Shown here: one piece after another, positions 58,795-64,000 of the stretch
How positions within the stretch are numbered: position 1 is the first letter of the stretch
Layout: every line of letters begins with the position of its first letter
Virus record (IMG/VR): IMGVR_UViG_3300021962_000026
DNA from: a virus
Strand: one strand, 5' to 3'
DNA length: 64,000 nucleotides
Translations under genes and position numbers: made by a program
The notes under the pieces: model-generated
Databases searched by the model: none
What the model was told of the DNA's origin: nothing
Seen by the model: only the letters and a program-made list of their open reading frames with translations

Positions 58795-59619
58795 CTAGTA
58801 CTTAATCTTTCCTGCTCGTACTTGTCTATAAAACTCTAGTACAAAGTCCTTGCCACGCAAATCTGTTTGTGCTTTAAACTTATTTAATGCTTGAGATCTT
58901 GCTGCTCGTCGTGTTGTTAGATATTCAAGTGCATTTGCCTGTCTTTCTGCTGGACTAAGATTATAATCTACCCTATAACGAGGTGTTGACAATGTAACTG
59001 ATTGCAAATTTGCTTTTTGGTTTTCCCAAAAATAATTAAGCATAAAATCAGGAGATTTATTTAATTGGTCCAGTGTACCTGCTTGGGCAACAGTGCTATA
59101 TCCTTTTTGAAACCAGGGTATAAGTTGGCTGGTCATATCAGTGTCGTTAGTTGTCTGATATACGCCCATGCTAGGCCTAGGAGATATATTTTGTCCCTGT
59201 CTAAATTGTAACACTGCGCGACTTCCAAATCCTTTTGCTGCTACCAGTAAACCTGCAATGTCTGCTTCAGGATCGTCTGGCTGTATACCGCCGTTCAGAC
59301 TAAGTTCTTCATACAAATCTCTTAGTTCTACAGTGTTTAAATTTTCTTGAATTTGGGAATTTGCATAAAAGTCTTCTCTGCTTAATATGTTAAGTTTCCC
59401 AGTCCATACTCTTGGGTTTGCTAGTTCTCCATTGAACACTGCATAGGATTTTACAAATCCATTTTTCTTTAGTATGTTTATATTAGCACCATATTTTCCG
59501 ATTGCTCTACTTGTTGGGTGTTGATATCTAGATTGGCCTGCACTTCCAATAAGATCTACAATGGCAGTCTTTATTACTGCTACTGTCTCCTCGTGTAACT
59601 TTTCTATGGATACTGTCAT
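58795..59619 (-). CDS. baseplate-associated protein with degenerate lysozyme-like domain
   Basis: IGKYG...WTGK...FYANSQIQE...IAGLLVAA; lies between gp5-like and gp25-like genes. Confidence 0.4.
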   Translation of the reverse strand: MTVSIEKLHEETVAVIKTAIVDLIGSAGQSRYQHPTSRAIGKYGANINILKKNGFVKSYAVFNGELANPRVWTGKLNILSREDFYANSQIQENLNTVELRDLYEELSLNGGIQPDDPEADIAGLLVAAKGFGSRAVLQFRQGQNISPRPSMGVYQTTNDTDMTSQLIPWFQKGYSTVAQAGTLDQLNKSPDFMLNYFWENQKANLQSVTLSTPRYRVDYNLSPAERQANALEYLTTRRAARSQALNKFKAQTDLRGKDFVLEFYRQVRAGKIKY

Positions 59620-59631
59620 AATTTTATCCTT

Positions 59632-61245
59632 TTAAGTGAATATACTTGAACCACTAAAATTATTTACTCTACTTTTTACTGCACTTAACCCCTGACTGCT
59701 AACCTTAACTGGCTGCTTGGGTTTTGCTACACTAAGATTGCCACTATCAGGAACATCAGTTACTGAAACAGTTCTTAAAATAGTTGCCTGAGTAACATTT
59801 CCATGTTGATCGTAAGGTTCATGAGTTGGCACGCGATCTACAGTTGTGTTAATTGCATCTTTATCTTTTACATAAAACCCTAGGTTATCTGTTTTAACGT
59901 CATTTAACTTTTTAATTTTTACACTGTTTTGTTTTTTAGCAGGAGACGCACTGCCATTCAAACTTATGAGACTTGCTTGTAGATTCATAGGGCCACTGGA
60001 TTGTATATTAGTGCTAGAACTGCCTGACATGTTTAAAACACTGTCGCTTTTAATATTAATACTCTTACCACCATAAATCATACTATCGCCATCGCTGTAC
60101 ATATTTGCGAGTTTTTTGCCTTCTAGTATTAAACTTCCGCCACTAACCATCTGTATTTGCTCGCCAGCATGAAACTTTATACTTTCATCTGCATGAAAAT
60201 TCATGCTATTGCTACGCAAATTAATGTTGGTTTGACTGTATATGTCCAGTTGGCCATTGCTGTCTATCTGTACCCAAACATTGCCCTGACTATTACTAAT
60301 ATAAATTACACCTTCAGTGTCGTGTAGTAATACTTGATGTCCGGCGGCACTACGCAAACGCACAAGATTGTTATTGCCTTCTAAATCGCCATCATCCATC
60401 ACAAAGGCATGGCCATGCTTTCGTGCTATTTTGCCTTCTACTGCTCGAGCATCTGCGTTAGACAAATCGTCACCACTGGCTAGTTTGCCTATTATATCAG
60501 GTCTGTCCTTAATATCAACACCGTCTTTGTCTGTTTTTCTACCTTTAGTACTAATACCAAAAACTTCCGTAGGTGTTTCACGCATTGCGTTACTGCTAGT
60601 TAAGCCACGCACTTCGTCTTGATCTAGGCCTTGTACTTTTAATTGTATTGCTCGATCTACGTCTACCCCACGCTGTACTTTGTTAAAATTAGTTAGTTTG
60701 TTTACATCGTTGTCTTTATCGTTAAATTCTAGGCCTGGTGCTTTGTTATGTCTTACTAAAACCTCTGTGCCAGCTTTTTCAAAATTACTGGTCATTGCAC
60801 TCTCAGGAAGTGTTTGCATCATATATACATCTGGAGCACATGCAAACCAGAAGCCATCCTGGTTTCTGCCTTCTGGGAAAAAGCAAAGAACACTAGTGCC
60901 AACATCAGGACAGGGATAAATTATACCACCTGTGTTTTTAACACTTGTAGCATTGTTGCCACTGCCTTGTAATTCTGTACGACTGTAAAAAGGAGTTGCG
61001 TATCTAACCTGACGCCACTTAGTGGGATCGTCCTCTAGTCTTTTACTATCCTGAGTGCCAGTATTTCCAAAGGTTGGCACAAATACTTGCAGCACACCCA
61101 TAGCACTAGGATGGGCATTAGTCTTAACTATGCCTAATACTATACCACGCTCTTCTCTTATTCCTTTGGCACGCTCAGTTTGGTAATCAGCATCACCACC
61201 GCTACGTCCACTAGAATATTGTCTTGCTTGAGTTGGGCCAGCCAT
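59632..61245 (-). CDS. baseplate hub/central spike protein (gp5/VgrG-like)
   Basis: OB-fold (PDVGTSVLCFF), GHAFVMDDG...LRSAAGHQ, beta-helix repeats, PTHEPYDQH tip motif. Confidence 0.8.
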   Translation of the reverse strand: MAGPTQARQYSSGRSGGDADYQTERAKGIREERGIVLGIVKTNAHPSAMGVLQVFVPTFGNTGTQDSKRLEDDPTKWRQVRYATPFYSRTELQGSGNNATSVKNTGGIIYPCPDVGTSVLCFFPEGRNQDGFWFACAPDVYMMQTLPESAMTSNFEKAGTEVLVRHNKAPGLEFNDKDNDVNKLTNFNKVQRGVDVDRAIQLKVQGLDQDEVRGLTSSNAMRETPTEVFGISTKGRKTDKDGVDIKDRPDIIGKLASGDDLSNADARAVEGKIARKHGHAFVMDDGDLEGNNNLVRLRSAAGHQVLLHDTEGVIYISNSQGNVWVQIDSNGQLDIYSQTNINLRSNSMNFHADESIKFHAGEQIQMVSGGSLILEGKKLANMYSDGDSMIYGGKSINIKSDSVLNMSGSSSTNIQSSGPMNLQASLISLNGSASPAKKQNSVKIKKLNDVKTDNLGFYVKDKDAINTTVDRVPTHEPYDQHGNVTQATILRTVSVTDVPDSGNLSVAKPKQPVKVSSQGLSAVKSRVNNFSGSSIFT

Positions 61246-61261
61246 TTAGTATCCTTTACAA

Positions 61262-64000
61262 TTATTTAAATAAACTTGTTACATCTAATCTATTAAAAAC
61301 ACTAGCAGGTGCTTCCTCTTGAAATGTTTGTACAACATTTTGAGTCAACTGTTGTGGACTATTAGTGTTTGCAATAGATTCAAATTTATTAGCTAGTGCG
61401 CCTGCATCAGAACCATTTAAAACATTTGCAACGCCTGTGCGTTTAATTACGGAAAGCGGATCTTTACCAGCACTTATTTGTTGGAATGCATCACTAAAAG
61501 TGTCTATTCCAAATTTTCTTTCCATAGCAGCTACACTAGTTTCATTACGCCCAACTCTGCCTTTTACAGGCTGCATTTTGGTGCGGAAAGCAGATAATAC
61601 TTGAGTAAATACTCCGCCCTGGAAACTAGACTTTACACGCAATACTCTATACACACCATTAAACTGACTACTACTATATTTTTCATCTTTAGTCAAATCC
61701 ATTAAGCCTGTTACAGGGTCATAATCTGTAGGTGTTTTTAAATTAATCTGTATGTAAGGCGGAGTTAAATCGTAATTAATTGTTCCGTCCGGCATAAAGG
61801 GAGTATTAAACACCTTTCCTCCGTTGCCTTGTGGTTGATAAAGAGTATCTGCACTTGGAAAATATGCTGGATCTCCAAGTATATCCAGTTCAATGTTTAC
61901 TAGATCAATACCACTATGCATAACAGTACTAAAGAAATCTTTCTTTCTTTTGTTGTCTACAGTTTCATCATTGACAATGCCCTGATCTTGAGTTGATACA
62001 TCCTTTATCTGAGCATGTATATCCTCAACATTTTTCTCATCAGCACTGTCCGGTGTTCCTGTTCCCAGCGTTCTCCTGTCATAATATGCAGCATTAAAGT
62101 CAAGTTTAAGTCTCTGAACTTCAGTATTTTCTCCACTAAAGATGTAATTGTAAACTTTATGTACACCAGAGCCTTTAGGTGCAGATTTTTTAGCCCAGGG
62201 AAAGTCTTCATAGTGTACTGTATTTAAAATTACATTATATTTTACATGAAATTTGTATCTGCCATCTTTAGAGTCCCAACCAATAAACTCAGTAATTTCT
62301 GGAATAATTTTAAACCACTTTAAACCTTCACTTGTTGCACCAGTACCTTCACTTGATTCTTGATTAATTAAATTTCCATCTATATAATTACTAGCAACAA
62401 TAACATAATTAATTAGACTAGTTATACTAGTGCCAGCATTAATTTTAAACAAATTGTTATTTTTATCTACAGAAACTTTTCCCTGCACTGCACCAGCAAT
62501 AGTTTTATAAGCCTTTTCATTTGCTTGTGGGGTGTTAAGAGCGTCGAATTTTTCTGATTGCACTTTAGAATTGCCAATTTCAGGTGCAAATTCAAAACTA
62601 ATTTTTTCCTCAATATTAGCCGACGCAGGAGATGTTTGTCCTGTTTTTTCGTCTTTGATAGGTTTTGTTTTTTCTTTGTAAAAATTGTTCATTGCATCTT
62701 GGAGAGTGGTGTTAGCTTCTCCAAAGACTGTTTTTTGTGCAGCAACTTGACCAGACTGGCCAGAAAGTTCATCAGTTACAGTTTTTTGTTCAGTTACCTG
62801 CTTCTGAACACTTGCTGCTCCAGTAAAAACATCTTTAACTGTACCAGCACTAACCTGTACTGTTACTGGGATAGTACCGCTAATACTGTTAAACACATCA
62901 TGATGATAGGGTATTGCTTTGCAATAATAAGTTGACCCGCTCTCAGTTACATTAAATCTTAGTCTAGTAATCTTAATAGGAATGTGCTTGGGTTTTATAG
63001 CACCTACTATTTCTGCTCCTGTATCGTCATAACCTTTAAATGTGAGCCTTAACATATAGGGTGCGTTAATATAATTTTCTTTTTCTTCTAATGCAGTTGT
63101 TGCTGCATTTTTTAATCTTTCTAACAGAGTTACACCATTGGGTTCTCGTATTTCAAAGGTAACTTCTATAGCATTAGTATTGGTTGACCTTTGACTAGGA
63201 CCTGTTGCTAAATTAGTAATATTTAGGTTATCTATAAAAAAATCTAGATTAAAATCTTCCGATATATCTGGTCCTAAGCCACCACTTCTTACTACAGGTA
63301 CTGCATGATTAGCAAGTATACTACTTACATCTTGTGGAGATTGCAGAACTGAAACATATCTTTTAGGACTTAATAAAAAAAGTTCAATGTTATATGTAAA
63401 GGATGCAAAGTCACTAAGTTGATTTAACCTAGGCTCTATTGTAATATTGTCAATATCACTAGTAAGACCTGAATTGGTACCTTGAGCATTAGCAGGCAAA
63501 GCATTTCCCTGTGCTTGAACAGTATTTGGTGCTGCTGATGGTGCAGCGACTTGTGAATCTTCGCCTGCGCCTATGTCACTGTTTGTGCCTGCGTTGGATG
63601 TTATAGTCGTACCTGGCACAACAGCAGATTGAGCAGGGCCAGCTCCGGGCTCTGTACTACTAACTGTAGCAGTGCCTACTTGACTTGGTGTTGCAGTTGG
63701 AACAGAACTGGGTTGTGCTGTACCGCCAGTAGTGTTTGGCAAAACTTCACCAGCTGGCCCAGCAGTAACATTTGTGCCAACAGTTCCGGTTCCTCCAGCA
63801 CCCGTTACTGGCGGAGTTACTGTTATTGCAAGTGGCGCTGGTGTAGTTGCAGGGTTTTGTAGTATTTCTACAGGCTCAAACACTTCTCCGTTTGCTTGTA
63901 AATTGAGTAAAAATGCTCTAACACGGTTTATTTCATAAACATAGGATTCCAGATTACTTAAACTACCTAATTTAAAATCATCCTCGAGAGAAAGAACTCC
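61262..64000 (-). CDS. probable baseplate hub protein (gp27-like); 5' end outside window
   Basis: Frame is open from base 64000 (GVLSLEDDFK...GEVFEP). FEIREPNG, LDILGDP and FNGVYRVLRVKSSF.GGVFTQ.L are hub-like motifs; upstream of the gp5-like gene. Confidence 0.6.
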   Translation of the reverse strand, partial: GVLSLEDDFKLGSLSNLESYVYEINRVRAFLLNLQANGEVFEPVEILQNPATTPAPLAITVTPPVTGAGGTGTVGTNVTAGPAGEVLPNTTGGTAQPSSVPTATPSQVGTATVSSTEPGAGPAQSAVVPGTTITSNAGTNSDIGAGEDSQVAAPSAAPNTVQAQGNALPANAQGTNSGLTSDIDNITIEPRLNQLSDFASFTYNIELFLLSPKRYVSVLQSPQDVSSILANHAVPVVRSGGLGPDISEDFNLDFFIDNLNITNLATGPSQRSTNTNAIEVTFEIREPNGVTLLERLKNAATTALEEKENYINAPYMLRLTFKGYDDTGAEIVGAIKPKHIPIKITRLRFNVTESGSTYYCKAIPYHHDVFNSISGTIPVTVQVSAGTVKDVFTGAASVQKQVTEQKTVTDELSGQSGQVAAQKTVFGEANTTLQDAMNNFYKEKTKPIKDEKTGQTSPASANIEEKISFEFAPEIGNSKVQSEKFDALNTPQANEKAYKTIAGAVQGKVSVDKNNNLFKINAGTSITSLINYVIVASNYIDGNLINQESSEGTGATSEGLKWFKIIPEITEFIGWDSKDGRYKFHVKYNVILNTVHYEDFPWAKKSAPKGSGVHKVYNYIFSGENTEVQRLKLDFNAAYYDRRTLGTGTPDSADEKNVEDIHAQIKDVSTQDQGIVNDETVDNKRKKDFFSTVMHSGIDLVNIELDILGDPAYFPSADTLYQPQGNGGKVFNTPFMPDGTINYDLTPPYIQINLKTPTDYDPVTGLMDLTKDEKYSSSQFNGVYRVLRVKSSFQGGVFTQVLSAFRTKMQPVKGRVGRNETSVAAMERKFGIDTFSDAFQQISAGKDPLSVIKRTGVANVLNGSDAGALANKFESIANTNSPQQLTQNVVQTFQEEAPASVFNRLDVTSLFK

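Noticed and set aside
35337-63938. Many 60-208 aa + strand ORFs over the structural genes (e.g. 46246-46872, 44266-44727)
   Set aside because: Antisense shadows of long - strand genes with biased codon use; no recognisable motifs.
1-64000. tRNA, rRNA, introns, inteins, stop-codon recoding
   Set aside because: Intergenic gaps are under about 100 nt with no cloverleaf seen; conserved enzymes are of normal length; the standard code gives full-length genes ending in TAA, TAG and TGA. Checked by eye only.

Overview
The window is a gene-dense, AT-rich segment of a large, probably aquatic, T4-superfamily-like myovirus genome. It contains no rRNA, tRNA, CRISPR array or IS element that I can recognise. 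(1) 1-9340, + strand: end of a MoxR-type AAA ATPase, a ParB-like/HNH pair, a DUF2201 metallopeptidase-VWA protein, a SufT/DUF59 Fe-S assembly factor, a 2OG-Fe(II) oxygenase fusion, dCMP deaminase and three glycosyltransferase-like genes. (2) 9281-34275, mostly - strand: about 25 kb of enzyme genes. These include five N-terminal-twitch radical SAM proteins, one B12-binding radical SAM, a NodU/CmcH carbamoyltransferase, a DegT aminotransferase, a TagD-like cytidylyltransferase, three SGNH-like proteins, five more glycosyltransferase-like proteins, a sulfotransferase-like protein and a second 2OG oxygenase, with thyX and the preQ0/preQ1 transporter yhhQ embedded. (3) 34361-64000, - strand: tail fibres and baseplate, including a 4523-aa wedge protein, gp6-, gp25- and gp5-like genes and a probable hub gene. 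The best candidate for an undescribed system is the radical-SAM-rich, glycan-tailoring-like cluster directly downstream of the fibre genes; its substrate (virion proteins, DNA or host surface) cannot be determined from sequence. Other notable items are a 2OG enzyme with a halogenase-type HxG iron motif, triple aromatic-acidic pentapeptide repeats in the giant wedge protein, and small ORFs missing from the supplied track. All family assignments come from recognising motifs by eye; no searches were run.
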